A stretch of 64,000 bases of DNA, taken from a virus (Duplodnaviria; Caudoviricetes). This document shows positions 16,618-29,100 of this stretch, in pieces. Under the pieces are notes generated by a model. That model saw only the letters and a list, made by a program, of their open reading frames with translations. It had not been told where the DNA came from and did no database searches. Every line of letters begins with the position of its first letter. The first letter of the stretch is position 1. The stretch is taken from IMG/VR virus record IMGVR_UViG_3300025084_000011, positions 19,534-83,533 of that record. One strand, 5' to 3'. A program made the translations under genes and the position numbers.

Positions 16618-18153
16618 ATGGCACTTCTAACAGATCAATTTAGAATTTTCACTGCGAAAAGATTTATTAAATCTTTGGAGGGTGCTGATCCTACGCAGAG
16701 CGACCTGGTTGCAGGTACGTCGAGAGATCGACTGTATGTGTTTATCGGTCGCCCCCAAGAGTGGGATAATGAAAATGCTGCTCCGACTCCTGTGGATTCG
16801 TTCCAAGAGTTCTCGGACACATTCTCAGATATGATTTCACTGAAACGTGTGCTTGCGAGCGACACAATTCAGGTTGTACGTCGTATCGATTGGACTCCAC
16901 CCGAACAAACCACTGGTGGTTTGGGTTACGTTTATGATATGTATCGCCATGACTACTCTTCAACGAAGACGGCATCTTCTGGTGCTACGAAACTATACGA
17001 CGCAGATTTTTACGTCGTTAACTCGCAGTATCAGGTATATAAGTGCATCTATAACGGTACATCACCTAGTGATCCTAACGGTAAACCTTCTACTGTTGAA
17101 CCTACTGGTACCTCCACTTCAATTATCACAACTAGTGATGGTTACCGTTGGAAGTATCTTTATACGATCCCTGTGGGTCAGGTTCTGAAATTCTTCTCCA
17201 ATGACTACATGCCTGTTCTCAGCGATGTTGCTGTGACTGGTGATGCTGTTGGTGGTGAAATTGACAGTGTTGTGATTCAGGCATCTGGTACTGGTTATAA
17301 CAACGGTACCTATGAGAACGTTCCCATCAAAGGCGATGGCGTTGGTGGTCGTGTTTCTTTGGTGGTTGACGGTGGTAAGATCGTTTCTGCCACAGTGACT
17401 TCTGGTGGTTCTGGATACACCTTCGGTAAGGTTGTTATTGATGAAGTCAACGGTATTGGTGCTGGTACAGGTACTGGTGCTGCTATTGACGTTATCATTC
17501 CTCCCGACACTGGTCATGGTTCAGATCCTGGTAAGGAACTGGGTGGTTACAGATGTATGATCAACACGAAGTTCACCTATGATGAAGGATCAGGTGACTT
17601 CCCTACTGATAACGACTACCGTCGTATTGGTTTGGTGATTAATCCATATCAGTATGGAACAACCGAACTTACATCAGCGATTACTTTGTCTGCAACAAAG
17701 GCAGTAATCTTCTCTCCCACATTCACTGGTCAGTTCCAAACTGACGAGATCATCACTCAGTCTAGAACTATTGGTGGTCAGCAAGTGACTGCTCGTGGTC
17801 GAGTGATTTCTTGGAATAACACAACCAAAGTTCTGAAATATTATCAGAACAGAATTGATGGTGTGTTCCCTGAGATTACTGGTAACCTCACCGAGTTTGA
17901 AGGTGGTAACCCTGTGACGGGTTCTACCTCTGGTACAACCGCAGACCCTGACATCAACTTCCCTGTTGTGTCTGGTATCTCTACTCGTGTTATTAATAAC
18001 ACTGAGTATGACTTGGGTATGTCATTTACTAATGGTTATGCAAAATCTGAGATTCAACCCAACTCGGGTGAGATCATATATATTGATAACAGAGGCGCGA
18101 TCTCTCGTGCTGGCGACCAAATCGAAGACATCAAAATCGTAATCGAGTTCTAA
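16618..18153 (+). CDS. g8: Baseplate wedge subunit gp8
   Basis: LYVFIGRPQEW, YDMYRHDYS, YQVYKCIYNG, DGYRWKYLY and YIDNR...EDIKIVIEF motifs. Confidence 0.9.
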   Translation: MALLTDQFRIFTAKRFIKSLEGADPTQSDLVAGTSRDRLYVFIGRPQEWDNENAAPTPVDSFQEFSDTFSDMISLKRVLASDTIQVVRRIDWTPPEQTTGGLGYVYDMYRHDYSSTKTASSGATKLYDADFYVVNSQYQVYKCIYNGTSPSDPNGKPSTVEPTGTSTSIITTSDGYRWKYLYTIPVGQVLKFFSNDYMPVLSDVAVTGDAVGGEIDSVVIQASGTGYNNGTYENVPIKGDGVGGRVSLVVDGGKIVSATVTSGGSGYTFGKVVIDEVNGIGAGTGTGAAIDVIIPPDTGHGSDPGKELGGYRCMINTKFTYDEGSGDFPTDNDYRRIGLVINPYQYGTTELTSAITLSATKAVIFSPTFTGQFQTDEIITQSRTIGGQQVTARGRVISWNNTTKVLKYYQNRIDGVFPEITGNLTEFEGGNPVTGSTSGTTADPDINFPVVSGISTRVINNTEYDLGMSFTNGYAKSEIQPNSGEIIYIDNRGAISRAGDQIEDIKIVIEF

Positions 18154-18156
18154 GAA

Positions 18157-21100
18157 ATGCCCCAGAATACTAACCTAAACATTTCTCCTTATTTCGATGA
18201 CTTCGATAAGGATAAAAACTTTTACAGAGTTCTCTTCCGTCCTGGGTTCCCGATTCAGGCAAGAGAACTTACTACAATGCAATCGATCCTGCAAAATCAG
18301 GTCGAGGCAATGGGGCAGCACCTATTTAAGGAAGGTGCGATGGTCATCCCTGGTCAGGTCGGTTATGACTTGAACGTGGAATGTATCTTGATCCAGCAAG
18401 CGTTCCTGGGTGTAGATGTTGAGACATATAGAACACAACTACAAGGTAAGATCATTGAAGGTCTGACCACTGGTATTAAAGCGAAGGTATTGTATTCCAT
18501 TCCTGCCACTCAAAGTGAGCGTGGATACATTACATTCTATATTAAGTATATTGAATCAGGTGATACCACATCTGATGTAACGACAAAGAAATTCCAGAAC
18601 AACGAACAGTTAGTTGCTGAACAGGAGATTACTTTCGGTAACACCCTGATCGAAACTGGATCACCCTTTGCTCAGATGCTTCCAGTAGAGGCCGCCCTTG
18701 TCGGTTCTACTGCTTATATTAGCGAAGGTGTTTACTTCATCCGTGGACACTTCGTTGACATTCCCTCCGAATATATCATTCTTGACCAGTACACGAACAA
18801 CCCATCATACAGAGTCGGCTTCGAGGTTAGCGAGTCAATTATTACACCAGAGGACGATCCGTCTCTTACGGATAACGCCATTGGTGCGTCCAATTACTCT
18901 GCTCCTGGTGCTCACAGATTCAGAATCAAGACTCAACTTGTCAAGAAACCCATCAATGATGAGACGGACAAGAACTTCATTGAACTTCTGCGAATCAGAA
19001 ATTCAACCGTCGAGAACTTCGTTGATCGTACAGAATATAACGAGATTGAAAAATCGATTGCTCGTAGAACCTATGAAACGCACGGCGACTATGTTGTCGA
19101 TACGTTCGATGTCCGTGCAAGAGAACACCTAAATGATAATTTCAACAACGGTGTATTCACACCTGGTCAAACTTCTCCTGATGGACAAGTAGCATCTGAG
19201 CAATATGCTGTTCTTGAAGTTGGTCCTGGTAGAGCATATGTAAAAGGTTATAGAACTCAGATTCTTGCACCTACCTATGTTGACACTCCAAAACCACGTA
19301 CATTTGTAGGACGTAATAACCAGATTGTTCCTGTTGATCTCTCACAAAGAGTAGAAGTATATGATGTTTGGGGATGGCCACGTATCTCTGGCGAGAACGT
19401 AACAGAATGCTATCAAACTATTGACCTTAGAGATGACTGGACTGGCACTGGTCCTTCTAATAATGTTCAGGGTAACTTGATCGGTAAGGCAAGAGTCCTT
19501 CAACTTGAAAAAGATGGCAACAAGTATAACTTGTTTGTCTTTGACATTCAGATGTTTACTACTCTGAACTTTGCATCTTCACAGACCATCATTGATGGTG
19601 AGATGCTGGTTGGTCGTTCTTCTGGTGCCAGAGGTTATGTATTCTCTGCTGCTGCTGACTACGCACTTGTTCACCAGGTGTCTGGACGTTTCCAGAATGG
19701 TGAAGTTATCGAGCGTGATGGTCGTGTGTTAGATGTATTGAATGCATCTTACTCTTATGATAGATCTGATGTTCGTCAGGTTGTTGGTTATGAGTCCAGC
19801 AGTAATGCTACTCCAATCTTCACAGCATCACTTGCTCTGACAGAATCACTGTCATTGCTTGGTAAGACTATCACTGTTGACCAGGCATCTGGACAAGATA
19901 TCCAAGGTTTCGATACTGAGTTCTCTTCTGACCTTCGTGCTGGTGATGTCATTTCACCAACTAACACGGATTCAAAAGGTACAACCTCACTGCGTGTGAA
20001 GCGTATCGATCCTTCTAACGTTGCATTCACAACTAACAATAGAAAAAATTCTGGTTTGACACCAGTGTTTGACTTTGGTACACAGGAAGTAAAACTAGAC
20101 ACTAGTTTGACTAAGGGTAGTATTACTGATGCAGAATATCCTGCAACTCAGTTTACTCGTTTACGTCCTTACTTCTTTGAGAAAGATAACAGAGATGGCG
20201 AACTTGCTATCGATATGCCAAAGCGTGCTATCAAGTCGGTCTCTGATGAATCGTTCACTGTTATCAAAACGTTTGCAAACAAACCACTTTCCTCTGGTGA
20301 TGTGACATTCACACTACCTGAGAACGAACAGTTTACTACTCTTGATGGTGAAAACTACAACCTCACAATCACTCAGGGTGCTAATGACAACACTGGATAT
20401 GGATGGGCAATTGGTACTAACCTAGACATTGAAGCAGAATATGAAAAACAGTCTCCTACTATTGGAGTATCGTTTGGTGCTAATAGACAGTCATTGCAGA
20501 TCACTGGTCTGAATGATGGTTCTGGTGGTACTGTCAATAACATCTCTAATGTTACATTGACTGCTGCTGTATCTGTCAACACTGTATCTAAGAAGATTAA
20601 GACTGCTGCGAAGATGAGGACCATGAAGGTCATTCGCACCAGAAACCAAAATGATGTGACAAACTACGGTTTGGCATATGGTAACCTATATGGAACACGT
20701 ATTGAAGATGAAGAGGTTTCATTCGCACTGAATGATGTCTATGATCTCCATGCAGTATTTGAGTCAGAAGATGACGATGATGCAAAAGTTCCTTTTGTTA
20801 CTCTGACTGAGAACGTCTTCTATGACAATGGTTCTGTGGTTGTTGGTAGAACCTCCAATGCCAGAGCAAGAGTTGTAGCATTCAACTCTAACAACAACAG
20901 ACTATATGTTGTTCCTGTAAGTACAGAGTTCTTCCAGACTGGTGAAACCATTGATGGTTTTGATAATGATCTGAATGCCTTAGTTGGTGTTATTGATGAC
21001 AGCGAAGGTTCACTGGAAAGAGGATCTAAAAATATTACCAGTAACTTCTACTTAGATACAAACACCACGTCATACTATTATAGTGTGTCGAAGATGGTGA

Positions 21101-24100
21101 GAAAGGCAGGTACATCAGAACCTAAGCGTAAGTTAGCAGTTGTATTTGACTACTTCATTCATGAAGCATCAGGTGATTACTTCACTAACCAGTCATACAC
21201 TGGTATCGGATTCTCTGAGATTCCTAGAATTCGTGGCGATCGTAATACACAGTATCTGACCGACACGCTAGACTTCCGTCCTGCTGTTGGTGAACTAGCA
21301 TCAGGTAGTGGTACTGTTGAACAACCCTTCTTTGTGAACTGTAAGTCTCTGGACTTCCCATCTCGTGTGTTCACATCAGCAGGTGGTGCTGGTGGTTCGA
21401 CCATCTTCAATATTCCTAAGGTAGAAGATCAGATTCGTTTGGATTACGAATACTATCTCCCACGTCAGGACAAACTGTTCATGGCACATGATGGTGATCT
21501 GAAACTTTCCAAGGGTGTTCCTTCCGAAGATCCAGCAGAAGCAGATGATCTTGACAATGCTATGTTGCTGGCGAAGATTAGATATGAACCCTATGTGTAT
21601 GATGTAGAAGATGATATTGTCATCACCCTACACCAGCAACGTCGTTACACGATGGAAGACATCGGTAACATGGATCGTAGATTGCAGTCTCTGGAATACT
21701 ACACATCTCTGTCACTCCTAGAATCAGATGCTAGAAATGCAAAAGCATATGACTCTGATGGTTTTGATAGATTGAAGAATGGTTTCTTGGTGGATGACTT
21801 CACCGACCACTCTACTTCCGACACTGAGAACCAAGATTATAAGTGTTCTCTTGACTTCACTGAGGGCATTCTCCGTCCATCACACTACACTTCTAACGTT
21901 TCCTTACTGTATACTCAATCACTTTCCAGCAACTTGGTGTATTGGAGAGAGAACCCTGCACTGGGTGATAGAAAGGGTGCCAACATCCTGACTCTTCCAT
22001 ATGAAGAGATTGCTATCATTGTTCAACCTTATGCATCTCGTTTGGAGAATGTGAACCCATTCAACGTGTTTACATTCATTGGTCGTATTGATCTCCTTCC
22101 TGCATCTGATGACTGGACCGACACTCGTCGTGTTCCTGCTCGTGTGACTACTATTGAAGGTAACTTCCGTGCCACTCGTGAAAGACTTGGTACAAACAAT
22201 AGAGGTTTTGCTCCTGTTCAGTGGCGTTCTTGGAGAACGGCATGGACTGGAACACGTAGAAGTAATACAAGAACATGGAGAGAGACATCATTCTCTCGTG
22301 GTGTTCCTAGACGTATTCTTAGAGGATCGACTGTAACCACGACCCGTCGTCAGGTTAGATCTGGTACAAGAATTAGAGTTGTTCCTAGAATTGACCGTCG
22401 CTCTTTGGGTGATAGTGTCATCGATAGTACATTCATCCCATGGATCCGCTCTCGTAACGTTGGTTTCGACGTTGAGCGCGTAAAGCCAAAGACTAGAATG
22501 TATTCATTCTTCGATAACGATAACATCCAGAACTATGTTATTCCTAAGTTGATCGAAATCGTTAAGAACTCTTCTGAGGATAGTAACACTAACGAGACTC
22601 CGTTTGTTATCGGTGAGACCATCTATGGTTTGAGATCTGGTTGTAGGTTCAGAGTTGCTGCACCTAACAATGATATGGTAACCAACCCATACTCAGCAAC
22701 TAATGATATTCTGCCTGATTCTTATGCATCACAGACTTCTGTGATTAACATTGATACTAACATTCTTGCTGCTACTGTTAACCCTAACTTCTATGGTAAC
22801 TTCTCAGTTGGTGAAGTATTAGTTGGTAACACTTCTGGTGCTCGTGCAGTTGTTAAGGATCGTCGTCTAATCTCCGACTTGGTTGGTACTATTAAAGGTG
22901 CTTTCTTCATTCCTAACCCTGCAAACAACTCTAACCCACGTTGGGCAACAGGTTCGAGGGTGTTCAGATTATCCTCCTCAGAGCAGGATAGCAGACTCCC
23001 TGGTGCCGTTGATTCTGCTGCTGAGGCAGAATATACCGCCAGAGGTACATTAAATACATTGCAAGAAAATATCCTTGCTGTTCGTAATGCCACAGTTGTT
23101 AGAGATACTGTCAACCAGAGAAGAACAGTTCGTTCTGTTCGTACTAACACTCGTCAAGTTGGTTGGTGGGATCCCCTGGCACAATCATTCTTGCTGGAAG
23201 AGCAAGGTGGTACATTTGTGACAGGTGTTGATATCTTCTTCGGTACAAAGGATACCAAGATTCCCATCTCAATGCAGATCCGTCCTATGGAAAATGGATA
23301 TCCTACTAAGGACATCCTACCTTTCTCCGACGTTACTTTGAAACCATCTCAGGTTGAGGTATCTGATAACGCATCTATTTCAACTAGATTTACGTTCCCT
23401 GCACCTGTATACATTCCAGAATCAGAAGAGCATTGCTTCGTTCTGTTCTCTGACTCTAATGAATATAAGGTATGGATCTCACGTATGGGTGATATTGATA
23501 TCACTGGTACACGAACGATCTCTGAACAACCATATGCTGGTGTTCTCTTCAAATCACAGAACGCATCCACATGGACTGCTGACCAGTATGAGGATTTGAA
23601 GTTCAACCTGTTCCGTGCATCATTCAATACCTCTGTCATTGGTACAGCAACGTTCACTAACTCTGAACTTGGTGCTGGTAATGATGGTATTAGTTCACTG
23701 ACTGTCAATCCTATGATTACAGTTGAACCTAAGCAAACGTTGCAACTACCAACAGGTAATAGTTACAACTACACAATTGGTGCTCGTTTGATTCAGTCAC
23801 CATCCAATGCTGAGGCAACTATTGAAGAGTTTGACTCTACATCTAACCCACAACTACTTACAGTTAAAGGTATTATTGGTACCTTTGAGCAAGGTTTCCT
23901 TGATGGTAATGGAAATCCATTCCAAGCATTGAAGTCTTCACAGTCTGTGGTTACATTTACACTGTCATCAACACCTACAAATGGTACCCCTGAGTCAGGT
24001 GACACATTGGTTGGTGCTAACAGTGGTGCTACTGCAACTATCACATCATTCGATCCTGCTGGTAACGGAACTATCGTTGCTAAGTTTGTTGATAAGGCAT

Positions 24101-25587
24101 TCGATTCAAATGGAGAACAGTTAAACATTGCTGGTGGTAGTGTACAAGCACAGTACGCTGCTGGTGACGCTGTATATTCAGGTGACTCCTATACTGGTTA
24201 TCCTGCAATCACACCTACTGTTCGTACAGAAGATAAGAAGGTTGTTATTATCCATCCTAACCACGGTATGCACAACAGATCTAACAATGTTAAGATCACT
24301 GGTGTTGCATCCGAGATTCCAGGAACAGAACTAACACAGTCACTATCTACTGTTGCAACTAGCATCGGTGTCAGTAACGCTGGATCCTTCCATAAGATCG
24401 TCAACGGCAGACCAATCAGTACAACTAATCCTGGTTATGTGAAAGTCACTGGTGGGCAAATGTCTATCCAACCTGTCGGCGCTATCCCTGGCACTGACGG
24501 TGGCACAGAAGCATGGAACGACATTAGCGAATTACTTCCTAGTGAAATTATTGCTTACTCTGCTATTAGTGATGACGGTCAGACAATCACCGTTGCTCCT
24601 TCTGGTAGAGGCGCTGGCGGCACTGCTGCTAGTGAGTGGCCAACAGGAAGTAAAGTTGAGTGTTACAACTTGGATGGTATTCCACTGACCGAGATCAACA
24701 AAACTCACACTGCAATTCAAGATCCTACTCTGGACTCTTACACAATTGTAACTACATCTGTTGCTAGTATTGGTATCAGGACTGGTGGTTATAATGTTCA
24801 GGCAACTAAAAACATTCCGTTTGAACTTATCACACCTACCATTCAGATCATGCAATTCAAGGAAACACCTATTGTTCCTTCAATGAATACCACAACTGGT
24901 ACATCAATCGGTAATGGTTCTAGTATCGCTGACCAGGCATCGTTCGTTAACAACGGCGTCTATGATGAGATTCAATTGAATGAAGAGAACTACTATGAGA
25001 CTCCTAGAATCATTGCTTCTCAGTTGAATGAGGACAACAAACTCGAAGGTAACAAGTCATTGACATTGAAAGTCAATATGAACAGCAGTCTTGACAACTT
25101 GTCACCTGTTGTTGACCTTGACCGCGTATCTGTGATCACAACATCTAACAGGATTAACACCTGGGAAGGTGGTGCTCAGGTGTTGGGTCTGCAATCTGAG
25201 ATTAACCCACAAGGTGATGTATCCACACTACCTTACGGTGATCAGAATGATGCAGTTTACTTGACAAGAGTCGCAAGACTTGCTAACGTTTCAAGGTCTA
25301 TTCGTTTGATGATCTCCATGCAAAGGTATGGTGATTCTAATATCGATGTCTACTATCGTATCCAGAAACCTGGTTCCGAGAAGCAGATGAGTGATATTGG
25401 ATTTATCAAGATCCCTGTACCAGAAATTGGTGCAACCAATGTGAGTGAGAATGAGTGGGAAGACTTTGAGTACACAGTCGAAGGCGAGGAGTTCCAAGCA
25501 TTCCAAGTCAAGATTGTGATGAAGTCTAAGAACCAAGCGAAAGTGCCACTGATCAAAGACCTTAGAGCAATTGCATTCGCATCATGA
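18157..25587 (+). CDS. Large VrlC-like (DUF4815-type) virion/baseplate protein
   Basis: N-terminal PYFDDFDKDKNFYRVLFRPGFPIQARELTTMQSILQNQ; RLKNGFLVDDF; DPLAQSF..GGTFVTGVDIFF; follows g8. Confidence 0.8.
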   Translation: MPQNTNLNISPYFDDFDKDKNFYRVLFRPGFPIQARELTTMQSILQNQVEAMGQHLFKEGAMVIPGQVGYDLNVECILIQQAFLGVDVETYRTQLQGKIIEGLTTGIKAKVLYSIPATQSERGYITFYIKYIESGDTTSDVTTKKFQNNEQLVAEQEITFGNTLIETGSPFAQMLPVEAALVGSTAYISEGVYFIRGHFVDIPSEYIILDQYTNNPSYRVGFEVSESIITPEDDPSLTDNAIGASNYSAPGAHRFRIKTQLVKKPINDETDKNFIELLRIRNSTVENFVDRTEYNEIEKSIARRTYETHGDYVVDTFDVRAREHLNDNFNNGVFTPGQTSPDGQVASEQYAVLEVGPGRAYVKGYRTQILAPTYVDTPKPRTFVGRNNQIVPVDLSQRVEVYDVWGWPRISGENVTECYQTIDLRDDWTGTGPSNNVQGNLIGKARVLQLEKDGNKYNLFVFDIQMFTTLNFASSQTIIDGEMLVGRSSGARGYVFSAAADYALVHQVSGRFQNGEVIERDGRVLDVLNASYSYDRSDVRQVVGYESSSNATPIFTASLALTESLSLLGKTITVDQASGQDIQGFDTEFSSDLRAGDVISPTNTDSKGTTSLRVKRIDPSNVAFTTNNRKNSGLTPVFDFGTQEVKLDTSLTKGSITDAEYPATQFTRLRPYFFEKDNRDGELAIDMPKRAIKSVSDESFTVIKTFANKPLSSGDVTFTLPENEQFTTLDGENYNLTITQGANDNTGYGWAIGTNLDIEAEYEKQSPTIGVSFGANRQSLQITGLNDGSGGTVNNISNVTLTAAVSVNTVSKKIKTAAKMRTMKVIRTRNQNDVTNYGLAYGNLYGTRIEDEEVSFALNDVYDLHAVFESEDDDDAKVPFVTLTENVFYDNGSVVVGRTSNARARVVAFNSNNNRLYVVPVSTEFFQTGETIDGFDNDLNALVGVIDDSEGSLERGSKNITSNFYLDTNTTSYYYSVSKMVRKAGTSEPKRKLAVVFDYFIHEASGDYFTNQSYTGIGFSEIPRIRGDRNTQYLTDTLDFRPAVGELASGSGTVEQPFFVNCKSLDFPSRVFTSAGGAGGSTIFNIPKVEDQIRLDYEYYLPRQDKLFMAHDGDLKLSKGVPSEDPAEADDLDNAMLLAKIRYEPYVYDVEDDIVITLHQQRRYTMEDIGNMDRRLQSLEYYTSLSLLESDARNAKAYDSDGFDRLKNGFLVDDFTDHSTSDTENQDYKCSLDFTEGILRPSHYTSNVSLLYTQSLSSNLVYWRENPALGDRKGANILTLPYEEIAIIVQPYASRLENVNPFNVFTFIGRIDLLPASDDWTDTRRVPARVTTIEGNFRATRERLGTNNRGFAPVQWRSWRTAWTGTRRSNTRTWRETSFSRGVPRRILRGSTVTTTRRQVRSGTRIRVVPRIDRRSLGDSVIDSTFIPWIRSRNVGFDVERVKPKTRMYSFFDNDNIQNYVIPKLIEIVKNSSEDSNTNETPFVIGETIYGLRSGCRFRVAAPNNDMVTNPYSATNDILPDSYASQTSVINIDTNILAATVNPNFYGNFSVGEVLVGNTSGARAVVKDRRLISDLVGTIKGAFFIPNPANNSNPRWATGSRVFRLSSSEQDSRLPGAVDSAAEAEYTARGTLNTLQENILAVRNATVVRDTVNQRRTVRSVRTNTRQVGWWDPLAQSFLLEEQGGTFVTGVDIFFGTKDTKIPISMQIRPMENGYPTKDILPFSDVTLKPSQVEVSDNASISTRFTFPAPVYIPESEEHCFVLFSDSNEYKVWISRMGDIDITGTRTISEQPYAGVLFKSQNASTWTADQYEDLKFNLFRASFNTSVIGTATFTNSELGAGNDGISSLTVNPMITVEPKQTLQLPTGNSYNYTIGARLIQSPSNAEATIEEFDSTSNPQLLTVKGIIGTFEQGFLDGNGNPFQALKSSQSVVTFTLSSTPTNGTPESGDTLVGANSGATATITSFDPAGNGTIVAKFVDKAFDSNGEQLNIAGGSVQAQYAAGDAVYSGDSYTGYPAITPTVRTEDKKVVIIHPNHGMHNRSNNVKITGVASEIPGTELTQSLSTVATSIGVSNAGSFHKIVNGRPISTTNPGYVKVTGGQMSIQPVGAIPGTDGGTEAWNDISELLPSEIIAYSAISDDGQTITVAPSGRGAGGTAASEWPTGSKVECYNLDGIPLTEINKTHTAIQDPTLDSYTIVTTSVASIGIRTGGYNVQATKNIPFELITPTIQIMQFKETPIVPSMNTTTGTSIGNGSSIADQASFVNNGVYDEIQLNEENYYETPRIIASQLNEDNKLEGNKSLTLKVNMNSSLDNLSPVVDLDRVSVITTSNRINTWEGGAQVLGLQSEINPQGDVSTLPYGDQNDAVYLTRVARLANVSRSIRLMISMQRYGDSNIDVYYRIQKPGSEKQMSDIGFIKIPVPEIGATNVSENEWEDFEYTVEGEEFQAFQVKIVMKSKNQAKVPLIKDLRAIAFAS

Positions 25588-25832
25588 AGAGTGAGATTCC
25601 AAAATATATCCCTGTCGAGGGGGACGATAACAGAGGACTTTTTAGAGATAAAGATTCCAATGCTGTCCTCCTAAGGGACAAGGATATCTATGATAAATAT
25701 ATGCAGTCGTATTCGGAACGACAGCGTAAGAAGAATGAGTTTGCCACTTTACAAACAGAGGTAAATGAATTAAAATCTGATGTGTCCGACATTAAAAGTC
25801 TACTTATACAATTAATTAACAAAGGAGAGTAA
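25584..25832 (+). CDS. Hypothetical protein with C-terminal coiled coil
   Basis: ATGA overlap with the upstream stop; heptad pattern LQTEVNELKSDVSDIKSLL. Confidence 0.7.
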   Translation: MKSEIPKYIPVEGDDNRGLFRDKDSNAVLLRDKDIYDKYMQSYSERQRKKNEFATLQTEVNELKSDVSDIKSLLIQLINKGE

Positions 25833-25834
25833 CT

Positions 25835-26053
25835 ATGCCTGCTGATGTGCCCGAAGTTCAAGATGCTGCTGAACTGCTAGCAACATTCAAAGAACGCTAC
25901 AATCGTCTTGCAAATGAAACGAAAGAGATGCAAGAGAAGATTCGACAGAATGAACAAACTGGTTTGAAACTTATGGGTGCTATTGAGACCCTTGAATATC
26001 TGAATCCTCCTGATGAAGACGAAGTAACAGAAACCGAAACAACCGAAGAATGA
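25835..26053 (+). CDS. Hypothetical coiled-coil protein
   Basis: RBS AAGGAG upstream; ends immediately before a terminator. Confidence 0.7.
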   Translation: MPADVPEVQDAAELLATFKERYNRLANETKEMQEKIRQNEQTGLKLMGAIETLEYLNPPDEDEVTETETTEE

Positions 26054-26058
26054 CAAAC

Positions 26059-26087
26059 AAGAGGACCTTCGGGTCCTCTTTTGTTTT
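26059..26087 (+). terminator. Rho-independent terminator with C(UUCG)G tetraloop
   Basis: AAGAGGACC-TTCG-GGTCCTCTT followed by TTGTTTT. Confidence 0.9.
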
Positions 26088-26090
26088 AGG

Positions 26091-26098
26091 TATAAATA
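26091..26098 (+). promoter_or_regulatory. Consensus T4 late promoter TATAAATA
   Basis: Exact consensus just after the terminator and before the tail fibre gene. Confidence 0.85.
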
Positions 26099-26136
26099 AA
26101 CAAGAGACATCCTGACCCTGCTAGCGTTCATAAGCA

Positions 26137-29100
26137 ATGGCAAATAGAATCCAATTAAGACGTGACGGCGCTCAGCAGTGGGCGAACGTCAATCCAATCC
26201 TTGCTCAGGGAGAACTGGGCATTGAACTTGATACATCTCGATTAAAGATCGGAGATGGCGTTACGCAATGGAACTCCCTTAAATATGAGAGACCGCTAGA
26301 AGCGGATTCTAACATTGCCAACACTCTCGTGAAGAGAGATGCTGATGGTAACTTTGAAGCAGGTGCTATTACTGGTACGCTGATTGGTAATGCTGCAACC
26401 TCAACTAGACTTGCTAACGCCAGAAACTTCACCTTGACAGGTGACATGTCTGGTTCTGCATCATTTGATGGTTCTGCTAACATCAACATCACAGCAGAAC
26501 TGAACTTCCAACCTGGTCTTCCACACTACGATCCTAACGATCTAGATGCTCAGGCAACATATACTAGATTGACAATTGACTCTCGTGGTCGTGTTGTTAC
26601 TGGTGACAATCCTACAACTCTGACAGAGTTTGGTATTGTTGACGCTCAGGCTTTGGATTCAAACCTGACTGCTATCACTGCTATCAGCACCATCGGTATG
26701 CTGACAAGAACTGGTAGTGGTACATATGCTACCCGTTCAGTAACTGGTGCTCCTGGTCGTATCCTGACCTCAAACGCTAATGGTCAGTCAGGCAACCCAC
26801 TAGTTGATCTTGCTGATACTCCTGTTGTGGTTGGTTCCTATAACCCAACTTCATCTGTATCTCTTAATCAACCAGAAACTTCTGTCGCTGAGTCGAATAG
26901 TATTCACCAGACAGTTAACACAACAGACTTTACTGTTGATAGATATGGTCGTCTTACCTATGCAGTAACTGCTCCGATTTCTACTGCAAGAGAAGGTACG
27001 CTTCAACCCTTCTATGATAATGCTACTGCATATGTTAGATACGACAAAGTTAAAAATACGAATGATCGCCTGTATGAGGCTATCCTTGATATTAACGCTG
27101 GCGGCGGTGAACCGACACACACAGACACCTCCGATACAGGGTCTTGGAGATATCTCGGATCTGCTCTAATTCCTCAGAAAGGACTTGCTTCTTTCTCACA
27201 GGAAGATTTTGATGTTACTATCTGGGATGAGGCAAGTGATATCCAGGGTGGTTATGTTACCATCGCAGAACGTGGTGTTGACAACTTACAACTCCAAAAC
27301 AATCGTATTGGTTTCGCTGACGGTAATACCGTAGAAAATTTTGAACTGGATCAAGAACTTACTGCAACCACTGGATACAGAGGATTCAATTATCTTAACT
27401 ATCTTAAAGTTAATGATACGAGCGGTAATCTACTGTTTGGCGCTAATAATACGGGGGACAGCGGAGCTGGCGAACTTGATGTTAATGTACGGTCGTACTT
27501 CTCTGACCCTGATATTACTCTTGACGGTGTTCTTGACCAGAAACTGGATAAAACTGCTGATGGTGACTTAACCTTCCAGCACACTCAGAACACTGCTACC
27601 GATCGCACCCTGCTGATTAATGCTACCAATGCAGGTAGTGGTGATGCACTTATTAATATTACATCTGAAAATGATATTACAATCTCTGCTACTCATGTAG
27701 ATAACAGAGTCAATGTAGAAGATTATCATTTCCAAGATAATGTTTTCTCTACAACCAACGCCACCATGGTGTTGGATCCTAACGATGATGATGACGTTAC
27801 AGGTCTAGTCCAGATCCGTGGTGATCTACAAGTTGACGGAACAACCACGACTGTCAACTCAGTTACTACCACCATTCAAGACCCCATCCTGACCCTTGGT
27901 GGTGAGGATACTCTTACAATTGATGACAATAAGGATCGTGGTATTGAGTTTAGGTACTATGATTCACAGGAACGATTCGGATTCTTTGGTTGGGATGAAG
28001 ACTATGCAAACGCTAACATATGGACTGGCACTGGCGGGTATCGGTTCCTCTACAACGCGACTAACACAAGCGAGGTTTATGCTGGTACAGACGCTCCTCT
28101 CATTGCTGGTAACCTCAGGCTCACAACAGACACAGGATCCACATCTACCACAACTGGCACCCTGGTAGTAACTGGTGGTGTCGGTATCTCCGAGAATGTA
28201 TACATCGGTGGTACAGTTGACATTGCTAATGACTTAGATGTTAATGGTGGTGAGTTTGTTGTCACTGCTGCTAACGGAAACATCTACACTCAGGGTGATC
28301 TACAAGTTGATAGTAACGTTACTCTGGGTAACGCATCAACTGATACTGTCCTAGTTAACTCTGACACTACGTTTAAAGATGACGTAAGGATTGTTGGTCC
28401 TAACACTATCTTCTCTATTACTGACGGCACTGCTGAGAAGTTTGTCATTGATAGTGATAACGGTAACATTCATAGTGACGGTACACTTGACATTGACAGT
28501 GGAGTAACATTCAACAGCACATTAGACGTTGATGCCGCTGTTACTTTCAATAGCACACTCGATGTGGATGACGATTCAGTCTTCCATAATGACATTACTC
28601 TCGATACCACTGGTAAGTATTTCAAGATTACCAATGGCACCACCGATAAGTTTACTGTCCTGTCCACAAATGGCAACACTGACATTCGTGGTACACTTGA
28701 CGTAGGTGCTGCCGTACATCTTGAAACTACTCTACAAGTTGATGGAAACATTACCCTTGGTAATGCTGCTTCCGATACCATCACTGTTAATTCGGACGCT
28801 ACTTTTACCGACAACCTCACAGTCAACGAGGCGGTTGATTTCGATTCAACACTTAATGTTGATGATGCCGTTGATTTCAATTCTACTCTGGTTGTCGATG
28901 GTCAAACAACAATTTTTGACTCTCTGATCTTACAGAGTAACAATGAAGTTCTGAACATCAACAATGGTGCTGCTATCACGCAGTTCTCTGTTGACTTCGA
29001 CAATGGTAATACAATCATTGGACGTGACGGTGCTGGAACAGGTACTCTTACAGTCCATGGTGATTCGACCTTCAATGACAATACCAGTTTTACAGATAAC

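Noticed and set aside
26137-26300. Mtd_N-like N-terminus suggesting a diversity-generating retroelement target
   Set aside because: No reverse transcriptase, avd or template/variable repeat pair differing at adenines was seen in the window; this domain is a common fibre N-terminus
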